Shown one piece after another: positions 1 to 11,950 of a stretch of 64,000 bases of DNA. Below the pieces are notes generated by a model. That model had not been told where the DNA came from, did no database searches, and was given only the letters and a program-made list of their open reading frames with translations. This DNA is from an uncultured Verrucomicrobiae bacterium (GTDB taxonomy: Bacteria; Verrucomicrobiota; Verrucomicrobiia; Chthoniobacterales; Terrimicrobiaceae), in the NCBI GenBank assembly GCA_963706955.1, contig CAVPOC010000008.1, forward strand, positions 64,001 through 128,000. Direction: 5' to 3'. Position numbers and translations under genes: made by a program. Each line of letters begins with the position of its first letter. Position 1 is the stretch's first letter.

Positions 1-179
1 AATGTCGGCCATTGTCCGCAGAAAGACATGACCGCTTAAGAAAAGCGATGGGCAGCATAACATCTCTTGGCTGGGCATACGGTCAACTTGGGCGAACCGC
101 ATGAGTTCGGTTGGTTCCTGAACCTGACGCCCGACTCGGGGGCAGTTGAATCTTTCCCGAGCGGTTTTATCCTAAGCGC

Positions 180-344
180 GTGAAAGCAATTTTCGCATTG
201 GGAATCTTGGTGTTGACTCTCGCGGGCTGTCGAGGTCCCGGCGGCCCGATGGAGCGCGCCGGACGCAGCGTTGACGATGCGGTTCATGACGTTGGCACTG
301 GCATCAAGAAGGCCGGCCAAGAAGTTCAGGAAGCAGCGCGATAG
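180..344 (+). CDS. small lipoprotein (entericidin-like)
   Basis: Manual translation from GTG180: (M)KAIFALGILVLTLAGC-RGPGGPMERAGRSVDDAVHDVGTGIKKAGQEVQEAAR*; hydrophobic signal plus LAGC lipobox. Below the ORF-track size cutoff. Confidence 0.6.
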   Translation: MKAIFALGILVLTLAGCRGPGGPMERAGRSVDDAVHDVGTGIKKAGQEVQEAAR

Positions 345-528
345 CGGGCACCCGCTCGCCCGCAGGCCGGTCGCGGTTTGGGAGCTGCTCGAACTAACCG
401 CACCTGGTCGTCGGCGACCAAGATCTCGCAACGGCGCACGAGCCACCATGCCCCGAGGGAAGCTCACCTCCTCGCAAAATCAGATTAGGGGTTGTGGATC
501 AGCAGATGCACTTTCCACCAAGGCTTGC

Positions 529-678
529 CTAACGGACACGGCCCTCCTCGGTATTCCAACCCCGCTGATCATACTTCTCGAGTGCGGTCTCAGCGGCAGT
601 GGGTTGATTTTCCGAGGTAGCACAACCGATGATAAGCAAGGAGGCTACAAGTGCGACAAACAGCTTGGTCACGCTCAT
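529..678 (-). CDS. putative small lipoprotein
   Basis: Manual translation MSVTKLFVALVASLLIIGC-ATSENQPTAAETALEKYDQRGWNTEEGRVR*; signal peptide with IIGC lipobox-like end. Confidence 0.35.
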   Translation of the reverse strand: MSVTKLFVALVASLLIIGCATSENQPTAAETALEKYDQRGWNTEEGRVR

Positions 679-1122
679 GGTCAACCACTACGGCATTTAT
701 CAGCGCGTCACAAAAGAAAAGTAAGTCCCGCCTCAGCTCGCACTCCTCAGGCCAAATATCCACCCAGGTTGGGGCGCCCTTAGTCCTAACCTGCAAGGAA
801 TGGCTTCCACGGGCGCGACAACAAATCAGGCGGAGAGTCCCGCTTGATTATCGAACCGGACGATCTGCGGCCAACCCGCCAACATTGCAACCCCCTTGCT
901 CTTCCGGAAAGGAAGCTCGCCATACGCGTAGGGCGCTAGCATGAGTCGGCGCCCCGCCCGGCAAGTTTCGTAGCGACCTCAAGCCAGCCAGCGCCTTCGT
1001 CGAGTAGGACCTCTTGCGCTGCATGGACCGTATTGGCGGCTGGGGCTTTCTGGGATTACAGAGGACCAAAGCACCAAGACGATTGTTCTTCTTGAGCAGG
1101 TTACCATATTAGGATGCGCGCT

Positions 1123-1912
1123 ATGACCGACTGGGATGCTTCCGGATACGGCAGGATATCGGGCCTCCAGCAAGCCATGGCCGCGGAAGTGCTCGCGCTG
1201 CTCGATCTTAAAGGCAGCGAGCGCGTTTTGGATGTCGGTTGCGGCAACGGTAAAGTCACCGCAGAGATCGCCTCTCGCATCCCGGAGGGCAGTGTCGTCG
1301 GCGTCGATTCATCCGCGGACATGATCGGTTCTGCAAGGCACGAGTTCGGACCCGGCGCGCTGCCGAATCTTCGCTTCGAAGTAGCTGACGCCCGCCAGTT
1401 GTCGTTTCGGCACGAATTCGATGTGGTGGTCTCGTTCAACGCGCTCCACTGGGTGCCGGAGCAAGAGCAAGCGCTCCGTTCAATACACTCTGCCCTGAGG
1501 TCCGAGGGCAAGGCACAACTGCGTCTGGTCCCAGCAGGCAAGCGCAAGAGCCTGGAAAATGTGATCGAGGAGACACGCCTCTCGTCACCTTGGGCTCGCT
1601 ACTTCACGCGGCTTTAACGATCCTTATCTCCATCTCACCCCTGAACAATACCAAGCTTTAGCTGAACAGAACGGGTTTCGGATCGAGCGCGTTCACACCG
1701 AAGCCAAAGCCTGGGATTTCCAGTCTCGCTCTGGGTTCGCCGCGTTCGGCTCGGTAACCTTTATCGAATGGACGCAATTTCTACCCGAATCAGAACGACT
1801 CGCCTTCATCAACGATGTCTTGGATCGATACCGAAGCGTCGCGACCGATCGATCCGGGGAAGAGAATACCTTTAAATTCTATCAGATGGATATCACGCTT
1901 TCCGCCGCCTAA
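1123..1912 (+). pseudogene. class I SAM-dependent methyltransferase (trans-aconitate MTase-like), one frameshift near 1608
   Basis: ORF 1114..1617 has VLDVGCGNG and FDVVVSFNALHWV. The reading continues in another frame (GFNDPYLHLTPEQY...FKFYQMDITLSAA*, stop at 1912) if one base is removed. Real frameshift or sequencing indel. Confidence 0.75.
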
Positions 1913-2105
1913 CACAATCACCTGAGAGAATAGACGTGAGCCGACATGAGCTTGAGCCTATTCGTCTCGCTCGGCCGCCAGACCAGCTCCTCTCGCTGAT
2001 GCGTCTGAAAACGGCCCTGCCCATCTACTCGCAGTAGATCCGTTCAGATGAAAGTGTCTCTTCCCTGGGAAGTGAGTTTGCAGTAATGACTTCAAGTCGC
2101 GGAAG

Positions 2106-3713
2106 ATGACCATGAACAGAAACGATATTCAAAAAGCAATTGAGAGCGGCAAAACCGCGCTTGGCATTGAGTTCGGCTCGACGCGCATCAAGGCAGTGCT
2201 CATCGGCGAGGATCATACGCCAATCGCCTCGGGAAGCCATGATTGGGAAAATCGGTACAAAAACGGCGTCTGGACCTACAGTCTCGAAGATGTTTGGACG
2301 GGCTTGCAGGAGAGTTATCGCAACCTCAGCAAAGAGGTTTCCGAAAACTACAACGCCCAGCTACGGACACTTGGCGCGCTCGGCTTTAGCGGCATGATGC
2401 ACGGCTATATGGCTTTCGATAAGGACGGAAATCTACTCGTCCCATTTCGAACATGGCGAACCACCACGACGGCGCAGGCAGCGACCGAACTCACCGATCG
2501 GTTTCAATTCAATGTTCCGCATCGCTGGAGCATTGCCCACCTCTACCAAGCGATATTGAACAAGGAACCCCACGTCCCTGACATCAGCTACCAGACGACG
2601 CTCGCAGGCTATGTCCATTGGAAATTGACCGGAGAAAAAGTCCTGGGTGTGGGCGACGCATCAGGCATGTTCCCCATCGACAGCAAGATCAACGACTACG
2701 ATGCCAGCAAGATCGAGCTGTTCAATAAACGGCTCGCCGCAACTAACATCCCGTGGAAGCTCCAGGACATCTTTCCTAAGGTCCTTGTCGCCGGAAATGC
2801 TGCCGGGGTCCTCACCGAAGAAGGCGCCAAACTCCTTGACCCAACCGGGCAACTCGAAGCCGGAATTCCACTCTGTCCAGCAGAGGGCGACGCAGGCACA
2901 GGCATGGTGGCGACGAACAGCGTTGCCGAGCGAACCGGAAATGTGTCCGCAGGAACATCCGTCTTCGCGATGATCGTTCTGGAAAAGGAGCTCTCAAAAC
3001 TCCACCCCGAGATCGACATGGTGACCACCCCCAATGGCAAACCGGTGGCAATGGCACATAGTAACACCTGCACATCCGATCTCAATGCCTGGGTCGGGAT
3101 CTTCCGAGAGTTCGTCGATGGGCTGGGTGTGGAGATCAGTCAGTCCAAGCTCTTTGAGATGTTATACAAGAAGGGACTTGGCGGAGACGCCGATGGCGGC
3201 GGGCTTCTTGCCTACAATTATCTTTCCGGCGAGCCGATCACCCATCTTGAAGAGGGGCGTCCACTGTTTGTTCGAACGCCCGAAAGCCGCTTCTCGCTTG
3301 CGAACTTCATGCGGGTGAATCTGTTTTCGGCAGTGGCCACATTGAAGATTGGAATGGACATCCTCTTCGAGGAAGAGCAGGTGAAAATCGATCGAGTCCT
3401 TGGTCACGGTGGCTTCTTCAAGACAGAAGAAGTGGGGCAGAAAATCATGGCTGCGGCGCTGAATGTTCCCGTCTCAGTGATGGAGACGAGCGGCGAAGGC
3501 GGCGCCTGGGGAATCGCTTTGCTTGCTGCCTATGTCCTCCGTAAGCAAGAGAATGAAACTTTGGAAGCCTATCTCTCCGAGAAAGTCTTCGCCGAGAGCA
3601 AGAGCACCACGATAGCCCCCGATCAGCGAGATGTTGATGGGTTTGCCGCCTTCATGAAGCGTTACAACGAGGGACTCGCCATCGAAAGAACCGCCGTCGA
3701 GGCGCTGAAATAA
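2106..3713 (+). CDS. FGGY-family carbohydrate kinase (xylulokinase/ribulokinase-like)
   Basis: 535 aa; [14 protein letters not shown] phosphate-binding motif, [35 protein letters not shown]. Confidence 0.9.
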   Translation: MTMNRNDIQKAIESGKTALGIEFGSTRIKAVLIGEDHTPIASGSHDWENRYKNGVWTYSLEDVWTGLQESYRNLSKEVSENYNAQLRTLGALGFSGMMHGYMAFDKDGNLLVPFRTWRTTTTAQAATELTDRFQFNVPHRWSIAHLYQAILNKEPHVPDISYQTTLAGYVHWKLTGEKVLGVGDASGMFPIDSKINDYDASKIELFNKRLAATNIPWKLQDIFPKVLVAGNAAGVLTEEGAKLLDPTGQLEAGIPLCPAEGDAGTGMVATNSVAERTGNVSAGTSVFAMIVLEKELSKLHPEIDMVTTPNGKPVAMAHSNTCTSDLNAWVGIFREFVDGLGVEISQSKLFEMLYKKGLGGDADGGGLLAYNYLSGEPITHLEEGRPLFVRTPESRFSLANFMRVNLFSAVATLKIGMDILFEEEQVKIDRVLGHGGFFKTEEVGQKIMAAALNVPVSVMETSGEGGAWGIALLAAYVLRKQENETLEAYLSEKVFAESKSTTIAPDQRDVDGFAAFMKRYNEGLAIERTAVEALK

Positions 3714-3754
3714 TTACATTGAAGTTGAGGGCTGATGGCTGAGGAATTGGTCCT

Positions 3755-3920
3755 CCTACGCCAAAGCTTCGGCGGAGACGTCTAGAGCAATTCTCGTTAG
3801 AAGTTTCCGAAAACGATGCCAGCACTAAAGCGTCTGGGGAGTATACGCGTCCCCGCGTGTGGGGCTCGGCGTCTCGCCGAACACGGTTTTCCGGCGGGAC
3901 GCCGGAAAGTGCACGCGCAG
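3755..3920. repeat. cluster of short GC-rich palindromes (REP-like)
   Basis: cgcc-aaagcttc-ggcg; tcggcg-tct-cgccga (3866-3880); tttccggcg-gga-cgccggaaa (3888-3908), intergenic after the kinase. Confidence 0.5.
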
Positions 3921-4256
3921 GAGGGGTGAAGGGGCCCCTCCCCCTCTGGCGTGCGCTCCCCAGAGAGCAGTTACCTCGCCAGTTCCTAGCGCGACAACCT
4001 CTCTGCGGTGGCAGCGCACAAGGTCCAGATCTCTTGACTCGAATCAGGGCCTCTTCCTGGAGACAGACCATTTCGCCTTCGCCATTTCGGAAAATTCCTT
4101 CGGTATTTGTGATAGGTATGTTAACGCTTCAGTGATAGGTGGCCTGAACTCTTTCAATCCTCTGTGTTCGCAGTGTCCTCTGCGGTAAGAATGAGTCGAC
4201 TTCCAAGCGAGGCGGCCCGCTAGGCGTACTTATCTAATCTTACTAAGCAGGGCCAA

Positions 4257-5969
4257 CTAATCGCCACTTAGCATTTCGAGCTTACCCTTCAAGAACGCCA
4301 GACGCAGACGCTGATGGGCGACACCAGGGATGCCTTGGAGGACGCTGAGACTGTGTTTCACCGCCTCGAGCGCGACCGAAGCATCGCTTGATTCTTGAGC
4401 GGCTTTCAAATAGTCGATCGCCGCGAGCACACCGGCGCTCGGACGTTCCCCTTTGGCGATCGTCATCAGGTCGTTTCTGATCGAGCCGAGTTTGTCGATC
4501 GCCCTTCTTAAAGGTAGATTCGCGGTATTGAGAATGTCTTTCGCATAGCCCCATTTCGAGTTCGCCCAGGCTTCGACGCGCCACGCATCGTCGCGAGCCT
4601 CAATAAGGAAACGTCGAAAGTTGCCACCAATTTCCTTGCCAAACCGCAAATCGAGAATCTGGGTGGCTTCCATTACCGCCTTGCGTGTGAAATCTCGGGT
4701 CGCGTTGCTCTGTGCCACCACCGCGTCCCACCCTTGAATGATTTTGTCCAGCTTCACCCTGGCGTCAAAGGCTTTGCTGATAATGTTGCCGGCGCTGGTG
4801 GCGTACGCATCGATATATTCCAATTCGCCGAGGCTAACGCTGACGGACGGGGCTTGTTCGTCTGTTGCCAGAGGTTCGCTTGGCAGCGCGGCCTCGGCAC
4901 TTTGGAGCTCGTTGACCGCACCCCTCAAGGCGCGCGCCCCTTTCTCGAACTCTTCAACGTGACTGAGCAAGTTGTTAGCGATCTCGAACCTTTTGCTTAC
5001 CTGCTCTAGTGCCTCGAAATGGGCGGCGTGGAGTTGCAGGTAGAGAAATGCCGCATCGACTGCTCCAACCTTACCCAACTCGGCGACCGACCCCAGCGTG
5101 CGCGTCACTCCCCCTCCGGACTTGCCGGTCTTTCCTGCGGACTTCGATGCGTGCTCCCGCCTCCACCCGATGTTCCGCTCCCGCTTCCGCCCGACGTCGG
5201 CCCCCGCGGTTTTTTGGTATCGATTTCGCCTCTCGCTTCGTTTCCCGGGTAAATTTCGCCACCTCGTTCAACATGGCCGCGGGGTACCTTGGCGGGGCTT
5301 GTCGCGGATTGTCGGTTCCTCATCGTCAAAGTCTTGGCGGCGGACCACGTTCGGTTGAGTTCCAGATTGCTGCACAACATGTGTCAGCTCATGTGCCAGT
5401 AAGCGGCGTCCTTCACGCGTTCCCGGACTGAACTCACCGGCACCAAATACCATGTTGTTGCCTACGGTGTAGGCACGGGCGTTTACATCGCACGCCGATT
5501 GCTCCGCAGTGGCGCCGCGATGCACGCGCACACCCGAAAAGTCGTGATCAAAGCGCTGCTCCATCTCTCGCCGTAACGCGGGCTCAAGAGGGTCGCCAGA
5601 GCTGACCAGCGCGTGCTGCACACTGGCGGGAGCCGTAACCGCCTCACTGCCGGATTGCCCTGCATCGCGACGGATATGCCCCGCGCCGCTCACTCCACCA
5701 TGAGCTGACGTTGTCAGCACGTGCCCGGAAATCCGGTCGGCTTCCTGTTCGTAGATATCGCCCGGCCCATTAACCTTGAGCTTGGCTTGCATTATCCCTG
5801 ATCGGAGCAGTCGCCCCACCTGACGGTTACCGACCGTTCGTTGCAGGAAAGAAATTTGGTCAACGGGTGAATTTTCCCTTGGAGAAAGGTTAGGCTTCTT
5901 TGCATGAGCAGAGCAATTTCTGGTCATTGACTCACGTGTTGTGAGTGATGCTCTGTTGCTCGCGCTCAT
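4257..5969 (-). pseudogene. DUF4157 (eCIS core domain) effector 1, helical C-terminus; two frameshifts
   Basis: 5268..5969 carries leader LQRTVGNRQV/QAKLKVNGPGDIYEQEADR and DUF4157 motifs ([34 protein letters not shown]). It continues via the 5105..5380 frame (GEIDTKKPRGP linker) and a G5 tract near 5110 into the 283-aa helical ORF 4257..5108. Confidence 0.8.
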
Positions 5970-6018
5970 CTTTACTCGGTCATGCGGCTTGGCGGCCCTG
6001 CTCTTTGAACTTCGCCTG

Positions 6019-6068
6019 AGGAACCGCGCTCACCGCTGAGCATGGTCGAGGATTGCCAGCAAGATCAA
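6019..6068 (-). promoter_or_regulatory. conserved upstream element and putative sigma70-like promoter of DUF4157 gene 1
   Basis: AGGAAYCGCGC (+ strand) at 6019, 9970 and 13584, 45-50 nt upstream of each ATG; minus-strand TTGAYC-N17-19-CATRNT upstream of genes 1, 4 and 5. Confidence 0.45.
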
Positions 6069-6621
6069 GCCCACAGGTCAGGGGTTCGTTAGGACAATAC
6101 GTTGTGCTTCGACTCGTTTATCTGCGATTCTCTTGCCGAACTGCTCAGTCCGCAGATTTTAGCACAACGCCGGGAAGCTGTGGGAACAGAGAACCTAGTT
6201 TTTGAAGCCGACAGACCCCCATACCTTCGCATCCCTCAGACGTTGCTCCGCTTCGCGTTTCTCGCGGACCTCCTTACGCTCGGCTGCCTGACGCAAGAAG
6301 TCATCTGCCAGAGGCATCAGCACGGGGCAACACGCGCAACGGTGTCAATGGTAAATAGCCCCTCCTCGTCCGTCATGTAACCTTCTTGGGCAAAGATGGT
6401 GAACGCTTCCTCGAGGATCTGATAGTTCCTTCCCCGGGGATGTCCCGCGTCGGACTTGTGACCACAGGCGAGACTGTCGTCATAGGACCGCTCCGCCTTG
6501 CCGACCGCTGCGATCACCTGGGTCGCCACGTCACGCGTGGCGAATCGACGCCAGAGGTTCCCTTGGATCCACCCCAGTCGAGTCTTATTATCCCAGTGGA
6601 GATGCCCGTTGATATTCGTTC

Positions 6622-9600
6622 TTAGTGCATTTGGAGAAGCTGCACCTCAATTTTACCACCGATGGCGGACGGAATAGCCGAAGGCTCCTTAACGATACGA
6701 AACACGAGGCGCATTTCGTTCGCATATCCTGGATTGTTTGGGAGCAAATCAATTTCTTCCCAGCCTATATACGGTTCCTTGGTCAAATTCTTCCGCCGAT
6801 GGGGTGGTCGTTGCGATGTCAACCGATCGATCGCTTTCTGATCGCCTCTGGCATAATCGTCGAATGCGTCCAATATTTTCTTGGCGCCCTTTTTCTCATC
6901 TGCTGTGAGGGTACGGCGGGGTCGTCCTTCGAGGCTCTTGACCCCCTCCGCATGCGGAACTGGGTCGTTGAGTCTCTGTCGGGGAAACGACTCGACCGCA
7001 CGACTCTCGGCCAGCCACTTTTCCTTTATCGCTTGGCCCTGTGGCGACTCCATCGGAACGCCGCTAATCTCCTCTGATGACGGTCCCGGCTGAGTGCGCC
7101 TGATGATCACACACGTCTCTTTGGAACGTCTGCACCAGATTCCACCACCATGGTGTTCCCAGTCATGATTGCCCAACGGTCGGTGAACGCGAGCGCCCTC
7201 ACGTTTGATCAGCTGAGGATGGGCCAGCACCTCGTCGATCTCATGTCGTAGCTGTTGCGGACCAGGTTCATCGAGAAGGCTGCTCTTGGCGACGCTTGCC
7301 TTTCGCACCTCGGCGCTTCCGCTGGCAACGTTCGTCAGATCCAAAGGCGCCGCCGCCGCCGGACGGGGTATCGTCGTCGGCTCTGGGCGCGGCTTCGCCA
7401 CCGGAGACTTTGCAGTCACTGCCGCGGCGCGCTCCGCGGCCCTCTTGATCTGCTCGTTGTTGAGATTGGACATGGTGGCGGCCACCGCATCGGCCTCCCA
7501 GTCGCAACGGAGACGACAGCCGAACAGCCAGCGCTTGGCTCCGTCCGGCAATGCCCCGATGCGGTCGAAGAATTTCCCCAACTTCCTGGAGTGGACGACC
7601 GCCTTGTCGACGATGTAGACCGCGATGTCGCCCGGGAGTTGCAGGGCGGTCATCACCTTGCCGGCGGTCCACGCCACGGCGGCGCCGGTAACCTCCGCCG
7701 CCTTGACGGCTGTCCCGAGTCGCGACTTCCTGAGCGCGTCAACGGCCTTGCCAAATTCGCCGCTCGCCGCCCGCCGTACCTTCGAGACCTGCTCAATGCT
7801 CGTTTCGAGAACCTTGAAGGCGCGCGACGCCTTTACGGCGCTGCCGAGCTTGGACCCCCAGATGGCTGCTTTGGCCCCCGTCGCCGCTCCGCCGGTCAAG
7901 AGCAGCATCGCGGCTTCGGCCATGACGTAGCCAGTTAGATAGCCATGCGCGTGCCCGGCAATGAGCGGGTTGGTGGAATGCAGCTTTTCGGCCCAGCCGG
8001 CGGCCCATTCGCCGAGCATTTGCTTGATCTGCTCTACGGTCAGCTTCTTGAGAGCACCAATGATTTTCTCCAGGTCCGAGACAAGATCTAAGGAAAAGAT
8101 GCTCTTCAACACCTCGTAAATCAGCTTTGCGATGCCGGACACCGCATCCCAGATCGCCTTGAAAAAGCCGTGGACCACGCCCGCACCGAAAGCGATCGCG
8201 TATCCGGCCTTTTCAATCAGACCCATCAAGGCATCGACGATTCGTCCGATTGCGGCCGCCGTGAGCTCTATGGGCCTCACAGCGACCTTTCCTGCGAGAA
8301 CCATCGATCCACCAATGCCAGGACCCGGTAGATTGGGGCTCCTCACCTGTATGAATCGCCGGATGTGCGCATTTTCTGCCTCGCCTCCTGGGTCGAAAGG
8401 ATGTAGCGGCGCATGGGCTCAGACATCTCTTGCAACGCCTTCGGACGCTGAATGAACTGGACCGGAACGATGATCGATTGGCCCGCCTCGATCGGTGTCG
8501 TGCGCGAAAGCTTGTTCAGCCGCGCAAGCGCAGGCGGGACGGCCGGGTTGTCCGATACGTACGCTGCGACGGCATCGAGCGTCGTTCCGGCGTCGGGGAC
8601 CAGGGCGAATACCCCCGGATAAAGCTCAATCCACTTCGGCGTGGCCGCGGACGGTGGTGCGGCTGCCGGACGGCGTCTCGGGTGGCTTGGCTTCAGTCAC
8701 AGTCCTTGTGGCAGCCCGCTCGCGCAGGATCTCGAGCAACGGGCCGCGGAAGTCTGAATCAAGCCTGAGGAAACGCTTGCGCAGGTGCTCCTGCCTGGCG
8801 CCGACGGGCGTGGTCAACGCCTTGAGGACGACCGCGGCACTCTCGTTGTCGAGCAAGCTGAACGCAGCGGTGAGCAATCGCAGGCGGCTTCTCCAGTTTT
8901 CCGAGGTAGAGGGGCGTGTCCAACGTCTCTTCGATGGCATTCATCGCGGCGAATGTGTCATCTACCCCTCCCTTCGCGATGTATGCCGCCAGCACCGCAC
9001 GCGCCTCGTTGCGATCCATCCTCTTCAGCGCCGAGGGCGCACCGGTGCGGGGTTGGCGTGCGATGGAATAATTAGCAGACAGCGACGGATGGCGCGTTTG
9101 GTTACTTTGGCCACCATGAATCCGGGCGGCTCCGGACTGTTGCACCACGTGAGTTAACTCGTGGGCAATTAGCCGGCGTCCCTGGGACGTCCCCGGGGCG
9201 AATTGGCTTTCACCAAATACAATGGCATGACCCACTGTGTAGGCGTTGGCGTTCACGTCCCGTGCCGATTGCCCAGCAGCCGCGCCCGAGTGAATCCGAA
9301 CGTTCGCGAAGTCACAGGCGAAACGTTGCTCCATCTCCTGCCGTAATCTTGTCTCCAGCGGTTTGCCAGGACTAGCAAGAGCCTGATCTACACTGGCGGC
9401 AGCCGTAGCCGTTTTATCGGCGGGTTGCCCGGTGACGCGTTGGATGTGCGGTGGAGCGCCGCCAACGGAGTGACGCGCAGACGTTGCCATCACCTTATTG
9501 GCAACGCGGTCCGCTTCCTGTTCGTAGATATCTCCCGGTTCGTTAACTTTGAGTTTCGTCTGCAGACCCAAGCGCCGTTTCTTGCTGCACTCCTCGCATT

Positions 9601-9925
9601 CGCCCGATATGCCAACTGCACCTCCGCACGCGCATTGGCGCTGTAATATCCCGTGCTCGCTCGCACGCCGCGAGGATGCATCGGCATGTGGGGAACCTGA
9701 CTTCTCTCCAGAGTTCTCGATTGTGAGCTCGGGTCGAAACAGCCTTGATCTTAGCAGCCGTTCTACTTCGCGATTTCCGACCGTTCTCTGGAGGAAAGAG
9801 ATCTGGCCAAGGGGCGAATTAATTCGTGGAGAAAGATTAGTCCTCTGTCCTTCAGAACAGGGATTTCGCGTCTTCGCTGTCTTGGACTCACGGTTTGTGA
9901 GCGATGCGGTCGCGCTTGCACTCAT
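6622..9925 (-). pseudogene. DUF4157 effector 2 (CxC/CxxC leader, LysM-like segment, hydrophobic region, RelE-like C-terminus); about three frameshifts
   Basis: 8759..9925 has LQRQCACGG..GECEEC and DUF4157 ([12 protein letters not shown]). Frames 8626..8940 and ~8375-8640 link it to the 574-aa ORF 6622..8346. Confidence 0.75.
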
Positions 9926-10242
9926 CACTAGGTCATGCAGCTTGCAGTCCTACTCTCGACACCCACTTAAGGAATCGCGCTGATCGGCAAATTGTAGCTA
10001 AGATTCCCGGTTGGTCTAGCCAAGAATAGCGGGCTTGACTTCATCGTGTCCATCACCCCGATTCAGTGGATGAGCCGCTCGAGGTCACAGCAGCTGCCAC
10101 CGCGTTTCGCGACGTGTTCGATCGGAGGAGTTCGGCCTGCGTATTTTTACGAGCCGACGAGTGAGAACTGTGGCCGGGCGTATTGGCAGAACCGCACTTG
10201 GAATGCGAACTCGGGGTGGGCGACCCCTCTTTCGACGCTTTC

Positions 10243-11808
10243 CTATTTCTCCGGCTGTTTGTTCGCGGGAGGGCTACCGGTTGGGGTGATCGGCGTAGTC
10301 GTTTTCGCCGTCTGGTCGAGTTTGTCGAAGAGCTTCTCTGCGGCTGCGGCCAGCTTATCCGTTAGCACCTTAAGAGCCGGAAAATCGTCCGGAACGAGGC
10401 GCAGAGCAACAACCTTACTATAGTTCTTGGCGATCAGAGCATTTGAGTAACTTTTTCCGAAAGCCTTGCCTGCTGTGTCGGCATCGTATTTCTCGTGGAC
10501 GAGAAACTCGTAGAAATTGTCCTGTGCAAGCGCGACGTCCTTAACTTGGCCTCCGCCGGCGGCCAGTGGCCCGATCTCTTTCTTTAACGCCTGGCGTTCC
10601 TTGTCCACAGCTGCGGAATTGGCAATTTGCATGAGGCTCATGAAATCTAAAAACACCTGTGTATGCTGGCTCGTCCAGTTCGGGTCGCTCTCCATCATAA
10701 GGCGCGCATGAAGCAACTCATGGTACAACGGGTACAGCCGCAGTCAGGGTGAAGGCCTCGTCCGGGGAGCTCGTTTGTTGGAGGAACTCCTTGTCAGTAG
10801 CCAGAGGGAGGGCCCACGTTACATCAAGAAAGTGCGTCACCTGAACCCCGCCCTTGATCTTGACGCGCTTTTCTTCTCCTTTGACGATTTGCGAACCACG
10901 GAATCCCTGCGCAGCGGAAACTCTTACTTTCCAGAGATGCTCTTCGCCGCCTTTCATCGGCCCTCCTTTAATGGCGGGCGGTTCCTTAGGATTTCGGAAA
11001 TCGATTGAGGCAGGGGTGATCAACTCGGCGAGATCAGGATTCCGCTTCTTGATCTCGTCATGAACCAACTTAGAGTTCGTGGTCGGTTTCTTTGCCGGAG
11101 GATCCTTTTTCTTGGGCTGCCGCTGGATGGCGCGTGGCGCAAAACCCTGCTGGAGGACGTGGGTCAGTTCGTGCGCGATTAATTTTCTGCCTTCGCTTGA
11201 TCCGCGTCGGTATTGACCAGCACCAAATACCACGTCCTCTCCCACGGTATACGCCTGCGCGTTCAACCCTCGCGCGGAGTGTGCTGCTCTCTGATCCGCA
11301 TGCACCCGCACTCGACTGAGGTCCCGTCCAAAGCGTGCCTCCATAGAGGCACGCGTCGTCGAGTCGAGCGGCTCGCCCGGCGCACGCAGCACATCGCTAA
11401 CCAGAGATGGCGCTGCATCCTTTCCCGTTTGGCTGCCTCCGAGGCGCGTTGTCTGCAGCCCCTCATGTTCAGCGCCGAGTTGCTCCGAGTTTCGCTGGTC
11501 GCGCCCTCCGCGCCAAGGGGCAGTGCGCCGCGGTTGCGGCTCAGGCATCTTTGTCACCTCTTCCGAGATCTTATCCGCCTCCTGTTCATAAACGTCGCCA
11601 GACCTCTCCAATTTTAAGTTCGACTTGGTTCGCGTCCTGATTTCAGCAATCGCTCCACTTGGCGATTTCCGATCGCTCTTTGCAGCAAGTAAATCTGCTC
11701 AAGAGGCGCCTCTGAGGTGGCAGAAAACCTTCTCTGGCTCGAGTCAGAGAGAGCACTGCTTTTCTCCGACTCGCATGTTCGGACTAAAGGTTTGGCGCTT
11801 GTTCTCAT
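10243..11808 (-). pseudogene. DUF4157 effector 3 with C-terminal HExxH domain; frameshifted
   Basis: Leader from ATG11808 (LLQRAIGNRQVERLL); DUF4157 in 10718..11611 (LIAHELTHVLQQ); 10243..10728 begins YHELLHAR after a 1-bp shift near 10730. Confidence 0.75.
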
Positions 11809-11950
11809 CTTATCGCCGACAATTCCTGTCATCCCTTCATGTCGCGTGACGCCGTCTCCCCCAGGGATCTCGCCGTCTCCTCTTGCTACCGATCTCGCGC
11901 CCTCCCATTCTCCTCCACGCAGAGGGCGCCAGTTCGCGTTCGAGAAAATG

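Noticed and set aside
895..925. SRP RNA-like ccggaaaggaagc
   Set aside because: Lacks the full conserved SRP domain IV context and long stem.
6317..6529. Immunity gene for effector 2
   Set aside because: Short, weak start and no recognisable features; cannot be supported from sequence alone.
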